The notes: generated by a model not told the origin, from the letters alone. 64,000 nucleotides of DNA from Eledone cirrhosa (GCA_964016885.1 OZ024744.1:78492001-78556000); one strand, 5' to 3'; shown: positions 1 to 12,390, numbered from the stretch's first letter. Translations and numbers: made by a program.

Positions 1-320
1 CTCTTAGTATATATGTTTATATGTGTGTTTGGCTATATGCATGTTGTAATGATATGTAATAACCTGACCATTAACTATTTTGTTATGGTTTGGTGTGCAT
101 GTATTGTTTACTCAGAATATTTTTTTTAACAATTGGGTGGAAGCATTGTCAAAGAAAAATGAGCGAGGGGAAAACAAAACAAGAAAATAATCGTCTCTTT
201 TTCACACGTTCCAGCATGTTTATTATATTTATTTTTCGTGTTGCGTTTCTTTAATGAGATGGGTTTCAACTGAAAATTGTAGATACCATTTTGACTCCTC
301 TCTTTTACAAAGGAGAGATT

Positions 321-546
321 TTAACTTTTAATGTCCTGTACCACATGAAACAACATTAGTAAGATATTCTTGAAAAGTACAAAACAGCACAGTGATTGCA
401 TCACATTAAAAATATGAAAATCTTTGCAAAGGTACTATAGATTTTCAGAATGGTCTGTTCACTAGTAAAATTACTATAAACATTTGAATTAACAAACATG
501 TTTTTATATATTTTCTGAGAAATCATTACAGGATATTAAGAGTTAA
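321..546. mobile_element. TTAA-flanked MITE (second copy ~30983-31199)
   Basis: TTAACTTTTAATGTCCTGTA / TACAGGATATTAAGAGTTAA inverted termini; shared interior with 30983-31199. Confidence 0.7.
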
Positions 547-879
547 ATAAGTAGACCTAATCTGTCACTTGATTGGACACCACAATCACCTGGCATCTTT
601 TGAAGCCTTTAGTTGAGTTCACCCTATTAGAAGCATTCATTCAAACAAGGTCTTCCCCATCTGAGGATGAGCTGATATTTTAAATGTCTTCTTCACTCCT
701 GCAGCTGTCAGTTGGGGGTTTGTGGGTTCATTATCCTTTACACTTTCTTATCCTCTAGTCTTAGAGGTACTGTATAGGTCATCACATCAGTGGGACATAG
801 AAACAAATATGAATATGGTCATTTATGGAAGTGGGACATACCCATCCCTATGATGAAATACATGACAAATGAAAACAAC

Positions 880-1058
880 TACACGTAAAATTCTGTTATA
901 ATGAATACCATTATAACAAATTTTTCAGTATAACAACATTTTTTCACTCCCTGGCTACACATTCGATGTGTTAGGTCGATCTCGTTATAAAGAATTTTTT
1001 GTTATAACAAATTTTTTTTAATACCCTGTGAATTTCGTTACAACGGAATTTCACCCTA
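880..1058. mobile_element. pogo/Tigger-like MITE (second copy 48740-48895, nested in a piggyBac MITE)
   Basis: TA-CA(G)GTAAAATTCCGTTATAATGAA termini in inverted orientation, TA target. Confidence 0.75.
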
Positions 1059-2343
1059 TAATCTATCGTAAATTATGGAAACCAACCATTCTACTATGCT
1101 GCTGTTGTTGTTATTGTTATTATTGGTTAACAACGTTTCATTTTGAATCATTGTTGTGAGTTCAAATCATGTTGGGTGAGGGTGTCTTGATATTTTATTC
1201 TTTCAAAATTAATAGAAACTACATACTCTTTGCTATATAATGATGTCATACATACACACCACCTAAAAAATGTTTACTACTTTCATAGCAGAGAGAAGAT
1301 ATAGGCATTCATTATTGTTATCATTGTTATTGTTCATTGTTATTATTAATCAATGTTGATACTAAAATTAATAAACGACATCAATGTTAAGAGAACGACG
1401 GAGTTGCCAAAAACTGTAGAGCATTGATCCCAAAATAATTTAGATTTGAACATTTTTTAATTAATCTGTTGTTTATTATTTTATATTATTATTCTTTGCG
1501 GTGGATTGGCAGCATAGTTACGTCCCTCTATGGTCTGAGTTCAAATCCCGCCAAGGTTCACTGTCTTTCATCCTTACGGGGTCGATAAAATAAAGTACCA
1601 GTAATGCACTGGGTAATTGCTGGCCTTGTGCCAAAAGTAGAAACAATTATTATTCTTTGTTTGTTTGTCCTTTTATTATGTTCAGTTTAAATCTTACCAG
1701 TGTTTGCTTAATTTTTTAAAACATTTTTCTGGGTTTGACAAAATTTGTACCAGCAATATACTTTCATGTGATTAAATCAACTTACATATATCTAACAAAA
1801 ATTAGCTTTGACAAATTGAAATCACTTTTTCTCCTTCATCACCCTCATCCATCTCCTCCCACTTCTTCAAACCTCCTCACCGTCCTCCTCCAAATTTTCG
1901 ATTTTTCCTTTCAAAATTATTTGAAACACGTACATAGTGTCTTTCATGAGAAATATGGTAATGGATGGGTTAAATAAAAAGAAACTTTTTTTCAAAATTA
2001 ATATCAGACTATTATTTCTGCTTGTGAAACATCAATAATTATGGTAGTGCTGGATGACAATTTTTTTTATGTCTCTCAATCTTTCTCTGTCTATCATCAT
2101 CATCACCGTTTTATGTCCGTTCTTCCATGCTAGCATGGGTTAGACGGGTTGTCCTGTTGTGGGCAGTGTCTGGTCGGCTGACCATGCCTTGCTCATACAG
2201 GAACTGATTTTGGCTTGATTTCTACAGCTGGATGCCCTTCCTAACACCAACCTCATTTACAGTGAGTGCTGGGTGCTTTTTCGTGGCGCCTACACGACCC
2301 CTTTACAGTGTGGGCTGGGTGCTTTTTTGCTGCATCTGTCTTT

Positions 2344-2384
<41 letters not shown>

Positions 2385-2489
2385 ATGCATTTCTTTCAAA
2401 GAAAGTGAGGAAGAGAAACAAAATATAAACATTTCAACACGGGTAATTTATTTTTCTCAATACTCAAGAAACCTCCTCTATGATACAAC

Positions 2490-3492
2490 TGTGTAGGAGG
2501 CCAACAAAGTTTACATAGGTGTGAGCTAGAAAAAGCATTTGACAGAGTACCCTGATCTATTATCTGGTCCTTAAGGAAATTAAGTGTGGATGAATGGTTG
2601 GTGAGGAACTCAAGGCACAAGTAGAAGTTTATCAAGGTTCAGTTCTTAGCCCACATTATAGTCCTATTCATTATAGTCCTCTGTGCTATAACAGAAGAGT
2701 TTAAGACCGGCTTCCTCATGGGAACTTCTCTATGTAAATGATCTGGTCTTTATAGCTGAATCCTAGTGAGTAGGAGAGAAGATAGGACCCTGATTCCTTC
2801 AGGGAAGTGACCCTGCTCAATATGTAGAAAGGGAGTAGGCATAAACTCTATACAATGTACACAATGCAAATATTGGGTACACGAGAGATGTAGCGGGATA
2901 ATTGGTAGACTAATACAAAAGGAAGACTTTGTAGAGGATGCACAGGGGTAACTGAGGGGATTATAACCAGTAATGTAAGCCTATTCCAGTCACAGGAAGG
3001 ACCCATAGAAGTGGATGATAGTTTCTGCTATATGGGAAATGTAATTACCAATGCAGAGGGTGTTCTGAGAACATAATAGCTAGGATAGGATAGAAAATGT
3101 TCAGAGAGCTACTTTCTCTGTTGTCCACAAAAGGTTTCTCCCTTTGTACAAAAGGACGCCTGTATGATGCCTGTGTGTGATGTGCGATGCTGCATGGTAG
3201 TGAAACATGGGCTGTGACTGCAGAGGACATACGTAGAAAGATGACTGCATTGATTTGGACATGTGAAAGGCATAGGCAATGATCGTTGGGTTGAAGAAGT
3301 GCCAGGAAATGTCAGTAGAAGAAAGAAGCCACGGTAGCAATAGACCAAGAAAGACTTGGGAAGAGGTTGTGAGAACTGACCTCAAATCACTGAGAATCAC
3401 AGAGGTGAAGGATCATGACGAGGTGAGAGATACTGTGCTGAGAAGGACCTATCCAACCCATGCAAGTGTGGAAAAATGACGCTGATGACGAA
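2490..3492 (+). mobile_element. Decayed RTE LINE (RT 3' half with PHD-like insert)
   Basis: LEKAFDRVP, PCSICRKGVGINSIQCTQC, KGRLYDACV, MLHGSETWA, RPRKTWEEVV fragments. Confidence 0.85.
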
Positions 3493-4599
3493 CTGTAACA
3501 ACAATATAATCAGACTGGGTACCTTATGATTAAAACACCTGAGAAACCTCTAATGTGACAGCCTTGTTGGAGGCCAGCTAAGCCTACATAGGCGTGAGCT
3601 GAAACTTTAATTCTTTTTTTCATCCTCTACATGAATCACTGATTGATACATAGACACTCCAAATATCTTTGATCTTTTTCATTTCTAAATCCACCACAAC
3701 CATCTCTGCACCTGCTGACTTATCTGACCATTGCCTGTCTTATTTTGGTTACTACACAATTCACCCTACCTGGTGCTCCACCTCCTAGAGATTAAGATCA
3801 TTCTTTTACGCATTGTCTTACTATATTCTACACCATCATTATCATTTCATGTCTGCTTTCACGTGCACAATTTTGGTATGGACTAATGGCACTCTCTTTA
3901 ACTGAAACTAAACTAAACCTTGGTGTGCCCTGAAGGTTTGGTTTTCTTCTCCACACTCTTCCTCCTTGTATATCAATAATAGCCCACTTTCCACCAACAT
4001 TCGCCTCTATGAAAATGATACCACTCTTAATTATTCCCAACTTACTGCACCCAAGCATCATCCAAGTACAGTATAGACACTACACATCCAACCTACTAAA
4101 ACCTTGAAAGCACTTTTCAATAGAGATCTGATAACCTAGACTCTTTTAAGTTTACTGAAGGAGATTAGTTTGTCTATATTTCACCGTGCTGTATCAATGA
4201 CCAAGTCATTTAACTGTCAACAGCCCAGTCCACCTAGCTGTAAGTAGGTATCACAATGTGGTATGGATATAAAGTTACATACATATACATGAGGTTTCTG
4301 ATATAGCAGACACATACAAAAGTTGATAATGAAATTATCATGTAAGAATTATTTCATCATTTTTCCTGTTTTTTTTCCTTCTTTTCATGCATTTGCTTTA
4401 ATAGTCTCTTTGAGAAAAAAAAAACAAATCCAACACATCCAACTTTTAAAGTATTAGGTGCCTCAGTTTTTGTATCCCCTCTGGAACCTCAGAAACTATA
4501 CAACTTAGCATGTTCAGATGTTTTATCAATAATTACTAAACAAAATGATTTATTAATTGTTAGGAGGAATTTCTAGTTTACTTGAAGTATTGTGTATGG

Positions 4600-4958
4600 T
4601 ATATAAAATTTGAAGTTTGAAAGCCACAACAATGTGAAATGGACAAATAAAGAGTGAAACAGGGTGTTGTTTGTTTTACCTTATTTTATTTATATGTCCT
4701 GATATTTTGAGATTAAATCTCTTCCGAGGAAAATAAAAGGGACTAATCCAGTATACCGTGCTGTAGCATGGTATAGTGTACTACATTGAACCGTTAGATT
4801 AGTCCCTTTCATTTTCCTCGGAAGAAGAGATTTTAATCTCGAAATATCAGGATATACAGTATAAGTAAATTAAGGTAAAACAAAATCTTGTTTCACTCTT
4901 TATTTATAATATTCGTCCATTTCACATTGTTGTGGCTTTCAAACTTCAAATTTTATAT
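4600..4958. repeat. Foldback element, ~150-bp inverted arms
   Basis: ATATAAAATTTGAAGTTTGAAAGCCACAACAATGTGAAATGGAC...GGGACTAATC mirrored by GATTAGTCCC...GTCCATTTCACATTGTTGTGGCTTTCAAACTTCAAATTTTATAT. Confidence 0.92.
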
Positions 4959-6099
4959 ATTAGTTGTTTTTATTTTTGTTTTATTTTTTCACTCTTTCCC
5001 TGAAATGTTTTTGAGGAGTTATTCAGGTTGTGTGATGAAAAGGTTTGCTTCCCAGCCTTGTGGTCCTGGGTTTGATTCCATTGCTCAGCACCTTAGGGCA
5101 AGTGTCGTCTATCATATCTTCAGATTGACCGCTTCTGAGTGGCATTTGGCTGTTGGAAACTGTGTGAGTGTGTGTTTGTATGTATTGCATGTACTTTATG
5201 GTATTTTTTACACCAAGGATCAATAAAATATGTAGCAAATAAAATACTGGTTAAATATAATCAATTAAAACTCTGGCCTTCATCCAATGAATGAAACCAG
5301 TTAAAGACTAGGGGTATATTAAACTTATTATCCCAGTTCTGTTTCACATGTCATAAAATGAGTTATAGTTTATATAAAGAAATATCATTTGTTTCATTTT
5401 GCTTGATTTTTCATTTATTGCTGAGACACATCTGTGGACTGCAAGCCACAATGCAGGCAACCTGACTAGATGAACAGTATCTCTGAATAAAAACTGATAC
5501 AGGGTCAGTGTTTTGTAGACAATCTGTTTACTGGTGATAGTCTGATAACATATATGATAAGAAGAGCATCCAATGCATGCCAGCATTGAAAAAATGTAAA
5601 CTGAAGAATATACATGCGTATATAATTGTTTGTGTATGTGTATACATATGTATGTATGTGTAGTTGGTTTTTTCCTGGTGATTTCTTTTGAATAAAACAT
5701 TTCTAGTCCTGTAGAAGCCATTTCTATATTAAATTTGATTATATGTGTGTGTGTGTGTGGTTAATTAGTAATGATATTGCATATTAGTTAAGATTATTGG
5801 CTGGTTTCTTGCTAGAATTGGATTTTAATATCTTGATGTTAACCTTGGTAGAATTTGTACTTGGAGCATAGACAGCTAAAACCAAGTATTTAATCCATCA
5901 GTCTTTTGACTATGTCAATTTAGCACTCTTTATATGTGTGTGTGATTGTGATTTAAGAAGTAAACACTGTTAACTTCATCTTTGGATTCTTCTGTTGTTT
6001 ACACTAAATTTCAGACTGACCACTATCTGATTTGTTTATAGATTCCTTATTCTTATACACTCATACACTGGAGTCCTTATTTCCAGCATAGTTTCAATG

Positions 6100-6221
6100 C
6101 TATCCTTCACTCCTATAAGGCAGTTCATCACTATCCTTCAGCCCTATAAGGCAGTTCTATCACTATCCTTCAGCCCTATAAGGCAGTTCTATCACTATCC
6201 TTCAGCCCTATAGGGCAGTTT
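6100..6221 (+). repeat. 32-bp tandem repeat x4
   Basis: CTATCCTTCAGCCCTATAAGGCAGTTCTATCA at 6100, 6131, 6163, 6195. Confidence 0.92.
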
Positions 6222-7509
6222 AATTTTGGGGTGTTATTTCTGACATATGAAGACATGTGAATAATTTAGCTCAAAAGAATAACAATTATATGAATGCTGC
6301 TCAACACAGAAAGTCTAAAGTTCGTCTTAAACCTGGAGGCTAGTCCATTGTAATGTTAAACCTCCAGCTATTGCTGGTACTCATTTCCAGCTGAGTATAC
6401 TGGAACAATGTGAAATAAGGTGTTTTGCTCAAGAACACAACGCAGCCCAATCCAGAAATTGAACCCATGGCATTATGATCATAAGTCCAATATCCTTAGC
6501 ACTCAGCCGTGTGTCTCCATTATTATTTTGGATTTAAATTATAGATTCTCTTTTTAAAGCTAACAGTATGTAAGGTTTCAGTTGGCTGCTGTGTACGTCC
6601 AATGAGTGATTATACTTTTCCATGTTGGATTTGTGGTTTGTATCTTGAGTTAGATTAGGCTGCCATATTGTGATAAATTCTGTTGAGTTAGATTTGACTC
6701 CCATAATGTGTATATAAAGCTTCCTTGCTGGCTTGTATTTTAATGTTTGTTGAATTAGGTTTGTCTTCTGCATTGAAACAATCGAGTGACTAGATAATGG
6801 ATTCCTTTAAATATGATTTAGAGTTTTTTTTTGAGATTGAGAAACAGTTGCTCACTACAGTAACTGCTGTGTATAATCTCACTTGACCCTATTTTTAAAA
6901 CATTGGGGAGTTTGTTTTGTGAGATTTGATGACAGCACTCAACAGATCAATAAATGCAACTGCCTTTATATTAAGAACAAAGAAATGGAAGTAGTTGTAG
7001 TCATTTTATGTGCTTATGTATGTATTTGTATGTGTAAATATCTATCTCTATATTCAAATGTTTTTTTTTTTTATAAATTATTATTGCAAGATAATTATAG
7101 CAGGAAAATAATTAATACAAATAATTCAAACGGTGGAATAAGTTTTATGCCATGTAGAAGTCTAATATTTTTGGTGAAACTCTTTATTGGCAGAGAAATG
7201 TCAATTGGTGTTGAAAAATAAAATATAAGCACTGTATTTTTTCTAGTACTTCTTTTGTGATATAGAACATCACTAGTTTCCTTCGGAGGCTACTACTGTT
7301 TTAGTATATGAATTTCACACAAGCTTTGTTAATAGTAAGAATTTCTTCTATAAATCATTTACTACTTGTCATTAGTCATTATTGACCAATTACTTGTAAA
7401 TAACGAGGTGTGCTAATTAGGAAACATAAGCATAGTGAAAAAACGAAGTTGTTGATCATGCATTGATGATAATAAACAGTTAAAAATTTCCCTTTTGTTT
7501 CATTCTTAG

Positions 7510-7536
7510 GAGAGAGAATTGGACACAGTATTTGAG
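7510..7536 (+). CDS. Candidate 27-nt HIRA microexon (ERELDTVFE)
   Basis: tttcccttttgtttcattcttag acceptor, GAG|gtaggg donor, 9 codons, phase 0 to 0 compatible with exon 23165; non-repetitive context. Confidence 0.5.
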
Positions 7537-7923
7537 GTAGGGATAAAGTTGATTTTATTTTGATTTTTATTTCAAAAACTGTTTAGAATGACTTTTTATT
7601 GTGTTTTTGTTTTGTTTTGACCTTAAATTTTTGTTTATTGTAATATTTAACATGCCACTAAAAATATTTCTTTCACCAAATATATCTCATTCATCAGTTT
7701 ATTTGAGTGTCAGTGTGTGTGCACATGTATATATTTATATATGTCTGTGTGTATCTATATGTATATGTTAACATGAACATGCTATCTTAAAAATAGCATG
7801 TTGGCACATATGCCACGGACAGTGTTGTAATTTTCTCCCCAAATCAAATTTATACAAGCTATTCTTGATCAACACTCAACTAACTGACTCCCTCTCTCAT
7901 GCTTTCTATTTCATTCTCTCCCA

Positions 7924-7973
<50 letters not shown>

Positions 7974-8314
7974 ACAATACCATACACATACAAACACCTG
8001 ATTATAATTTTATTTATTAAAAAACCCTCCAAAAAATAACAAATGTCACTTTCCTTTCACCTCCCACTTAGTTTGATACCTTTACTTCCTACTCTTCTTC
8101 ATCTTTTCTCTCCACTTCTAAATACTATCATTCACCTACACATCTTTATTAACTTGTTACTTTCTATATCCTCTTAATAGTAAATATGTGTGTGTGTGCG
8201 TATGTGTGTATATATATATATATGTATGTAAAAGGTAAACGGAAATAACAACACAATCAGTACAGTATATGGAAGGAATATATTAGGTTAACGCTTGAAA
8301 TAGCAGGAAGAGGG

Positions 8315-8350
8315 TCTTAACGTTTCGGATGCTAGTCCCTTATCAGAAGA
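8315..8350 (-). ncRNA. Minimal type I hammerhead ribozyme relic (Penelope-like), G8 to A variant
   Basis: Minus strand TCTT-CTGATAA-GGGACTAGCATCC-GAAA-CG-TT-AAGA: stem I TCTT/AAGA, stem II GGG/TCC, palindromic ACGT stem III. Confidence 0.6.
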
Positions 8351-8619
8351 AATAATGAGAAATAAGATAGAACGAAGGGATGGGCAGGGTGGAATTGGAA
8401 AAAAATGTCCTTAGGGTGGAATGGAGCTGGCAGAGAAAAGGTTTGAGATTGGGCATGTTGAAGGTACTAGGGTGGGAGTGAAAAATAGACAGGTGAGAAG
8501 AAAGTGGTCTAAGAAGATTATAGTAGAGGAAAAGTGATATACATATACACATACACACTGTAGTAAGTTTGATAGAATTATCCAAGGGTAGCACTCAGTC
8601 CATAGGATGAGTTTAGTAT

Positions 8620-10112
8620 ATAATAATAATAATAATGAAATATTGTGTACAGTGCTCAGGTGCACTACAACTCATCAAAAAGTGTATGTTAGTACATAGG
8701 GTAATGTACAAACATCAGGAAAATGAACAGTGCATGAGTCATGATACACACATGTGTGCATGTGTATGGAAGGGGTACATCAGGTGTAGTTTTGGCGTAT
8801 TTCGGGAAGCATGAGTGTCTTAAAGGATGCAGTGTCTCGGCAGCTAACAACTGACGCAGGCAGTTTGTTCCATGCTTCAGCAACTCTGAGCGTGAAAAAA
8901 TGTCTACGAAAGTCATGGGAGCTGTGCTGTTTTCTGATTTTGTAGGCATGTCCACGTGTGTTAGACACATGGAGATCAAAAAGGTGCTCAGGGTTGCAAT
9001 TGGCGAGATGGTTAATAACTTTGTGGGTATTTACCAAGTCCATTGCCAGACATCGGAGCTTCAATGAATCCATGCCCAGGGAAGCAAGGCGTTCAGAGTA
9101 TGGTAGGTGTCTGATGGAGGGTATGCGCTTGGTTGCACGTCCCTGAACAGTTTCCAGGAGGGTAATGTTCTGAGCAAGATAGGGGTTCCAGACCGATGAT
9201 GCGAATTCCAAGTGTGGTCGTACCATAGCTATATACAGCTTTAAATAGATGGCTGGAGAGCGGCTAACAAAGGTCTTGCTGAGTGATGCCAAGACACCCT
9301 CGGCCTTCTTGACAATCTTAGAGACGTGCTTTGTCCAACGCAAATCGCTGCTGACAGTAATGCCTAGGTCACGTTCACAAGAGGACTTCTTGATATCAGT
9401 GTTGTGGAGGGAGTATGTGGACGCTGGATTTTTCCTCCCAAAATGCATGGTGGTACACTTGTCCACAGCCAGCTTCAGTTGCCAGTCTGTGATCCATTGC
9501 TGCATTGTGTCCAGGTCTGATTGTAGGAAAGAGTTGTAGATTTCAGGATCAGTCCTTTTGATTTCAAGGTACATCTTGATGTCATCTGCATATTTCAGTA
9601 CCGTGGCATTCTGTAAGTTGGCATCTATGTCATTAATATATGCCACAAACAAAAGGGGACCAAGAACAGATCCCTGTGGTACACCAGATGACATCTCATA
9701 TGGTGAAGAATGCTGTCCTAGAACCGTGACTACTTCTTTTCGACTGAGAATGAAGGATTTCAACCAGTCGAAAAGATCATCCCTCACACCCATTGCAGAG
9801 AGTTTTGCCATAAGTCTTTTGTGTGGCACAGAATTAAAAGCCTTAGCAAAGTCAAGGTAAACAACATCCACCCATGAGCCGCTGTCAGTGATCCAGGTAA
9901 TGTCTTCAAGGAACTCGATAAGCTGATCACAGCAGCTGGAGTTAGGGAAAAATCCAAACTGTGAGGGCCGGATGAGGCTGTGGGAGCTCCAGAAGTTCCA
10001 AAGTGTTTCTCTGACACAGGATTCCATCAGTTTGGCCATACAGCTAGTAAGACTGACTGGACGATAGTTGACAGGTGACATGCGGTTGCCCTTTTTGAAC
10101 AGGGGAATGACA
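8620..10112 (-). mobile_element. 5'-truncated CR1-group LINE with uninterrupted RT ORF (8780-10081, 433 aa) and (ATT)n tail
   Basis: NYRPVSLTS, DVVYLDFAKAF, VPQGSVLGP, KYADD, ERDLGI, VRPHLEFA, TRGH, FFTLRVAEAWNKLP; no endonuclease domain. Confidence 0.93.
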
Positions 10113-10113
10113 C

Positions 10114-10287
10114 ATAATTACAAGTCACATAAATAGGTACTTAAATTTCATTGGGTTCTGGACCCCAACTCATTCAGCCTGTTATAAGAAAAATCTTTAT
10201 TTTTAATTTTTTCATGACAGGCTGAATGAATTGGGGTCCAGAACCCAACAAAACTTAAGTACCTGTTTATGTCACTGTTGTAATTAT
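10114..10287. repeat. Hairpin MITE, ~75-bp arms
   Basis: TTGGGTTCTGGACCCCAACTCATTCAGCCTGT mirrored by ACAGGCTGAATGAATTGGGGTCCAGAACCCAA. Confidence 0.9.
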
Positions 10288-10890
10288 ATATATATATATA
10301 TAATTTCAACATGTGTGTAAGTTTTGTATAATGAATAATATACTATATCATCATAATCATCTTTACAAATAAACATTTGAAAGCCTTTAGCTATGAATTT
10401 TAAAAGATGTTCGGAGGGTGCCACATAGCAAGTTTCATCAGAAGCAAGGGGAAATTACCGACGGCTGTTTCTGACTTATATGGGTGTTATCAAGATAATG
10501 CACTCCTCTACCTCGCTTTCTGCTGGAACTCAATCATCATCATCATCATCATCATCACCATCGTTTAACATCCATCTTCCATGTTAGCATGGGTTAGACT
10601 GGTTCTATTTGATGTGGGAATGGTCGGGAGACCGTGTCTTGCTCGCACGGAAGTGTCTCTGGCAGTTTTTTACAGGTGGATGCCCTTCCTAACACCAACC
10701 ACATTTACAGTGTGGACTAGGAACCTTTTTACCATGTCTCCTACACGACCACCTTACAGTGGGGACAGTTGTGTCATCGACACTGGACCAAACAGGAAAG
10801 GGGGTATAGGGTAGGGTGTATGTATATGTGTTAATTAGCCTCATTTGCATACGGCGCTGTAGGCAGGCTCGGTCTGAACACGAAATGGAA

Positions 10891-11201
10891 TTAAGGTGTA
10901 AGGTGTTCGCTGCAACAAAGCTGTATACATATAGGTATGTAAGGTTTGTATACTAAATATTATATATGTTTACGAATATTGTATATTATGAAATGAGCCC
11001 GTATACATAAGCGTTAAACTATATTTTTGCTCTTATATTGAGTTCTAGCAAAAAAGTGAAGTATAGGAATGCTTTACCTTGATAGCAACCATATAAGTAA
11101 GAAAAGGCTGTCTGTAATTATCCGTAAACTTATTGTATATTATTTGATATACAACAAAACTTACTTATATGTATACAGCTATATTGGAGTGAACACCTTA
11201 A
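10891..11201. repeat. MITE with long imperfect TIRs
   Basis: TAAGGTGTTCGCTGCAACAAAGCTGTATACATATA mirrored by TATATGTATACAGCTATATTGGAGTGAACACCTTA. Confidence 0.8.
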
Positions 11202-11245
11202 TTTTATGTATATATATAGATATTAAAAGACTTTGCTTTTAATAT

Positions 11246-11292
11246 CTACCTCTGATGAGCACCCCCCCTGGGTGAAACACGTGTAAGAGCTA
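11246..11292 (+). ncRNA. Minimal hammerhead ribozyme relic (Penelope-like)
   Basis: CTGATGA-GCACCCCCCCTGGGT-GAAA-CACGTG-TA-AGAG; intact core and palindromic ACACGTGT, imperfect stems I and II. Confidence 0.55.
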
Positions 11293-11364
11293 TATAAAGA
11301 TATGTTTTAATGGCTTGTAACTCTTTCATTCACTCATTCTTTTGCTTGTATATATATAACAAAA

Positions 11365-11561
11365 GGGTGTGGCAAGATACCAGGTGGACCATAACGTATC
11401 AGAGTACTCAATACTTAGGGGAGTAGAGTGGGTAATAGGAAAAGAGTCAGGACCCCGATGGCTGAGCTCTAACTGTTTTGGATCTAGCTGTTGAAATGGC
11501 CGGAACTCAGCCATCGGGGTTCTGACTCTTTTCCTATTACCCACTCTACTACCCTAAGTAT
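11365..11561. repeat. Palindromic interspersed element (related copies ~56538-56723 and 62015-62200)
   Basis: ~55-bp arms AGTAGAGTGGGTAATAGGAAAAGAGTCAGGACCCCGATGGCTGAG / CTCAGCCATCGGGGTTCTGACTCTTTTCCTATTACCCACTCTACT. Confidence 0.9.
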
Positions 11562-11574
11562 ATATATATAATAC

Positions 11575-12390
11575 ACAGATGATCTAACGCTCATAGCTGA
11601 ATCTATGGCTGAACTAGAGAAGAAATTCCAAACATGGAAGCATGGCCTGGAATCAAAAGGCCTTAAAGTTAACTTGTCTAAGACGAAAGTTCTAGTTTGT
11701 AGAAAGGAAAATTTTATATCTGGCCAATGCTCAGGTGCAATAAGTAGCAAGTGCCCACAGGATACTAGCTCCTTCTATTGCCTAGATGGTTCTATAGAAA
11801 TAGTAGACACTTTCTGTTGCCTGGGTGATGAAATCAGCAGTGGTGGAGGGTGTTCTGAAAGTACAGTAGCCAGAGTCAGAACGGGATGGAAAAAGTTCAG
11901 AGAGCTTATACCGCTGTTGGCCACAAAAGGTTTCTCTCTAAAAATGAAAGGCAGATTAGATTGTATGATGCCTGTATACGAACAGCAATGTTACATGGCA
12001 GTGAGACATGGGCATTGTGTGCAGAGGACCTGTGCAGACTGGAAAGGAACGAAGCTTGCATGATCCGCTGGATGTGTAATAGTAATATATGTGAACGACA
12101 AAGCATAAATGAAGTAAGTGAGAAATTAGGTATAAGAGGGATCAGATGTTGTTTACTCGAGAGAAGACTACGTTGGTATGGTCACGTGATGCACATGAAA
12201 GACAACAGCTGTATAAAAAAGTACAGGGCGATCAAAATTGATGGTAGTTACGGAGTAGGCAGACTCAGAATAACCTGGGACGATCTGATAAATTCCGACC
12301 TTACACACTTGCACCTCTCTAAGACAATGTCACTGGACCGAGATCTTTGGCGCTACACAGTAATAGAGAAGACCCGCCTTACCTAAGTAC
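11575..12390 (+). mobile_element. RTE LINE 3' fragment
   Basis: TDDLTLIAES, GLKVNLSKTKV, MLHGSETWAL, RRLRWYGHVM motifs. Confidence 0.88.
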
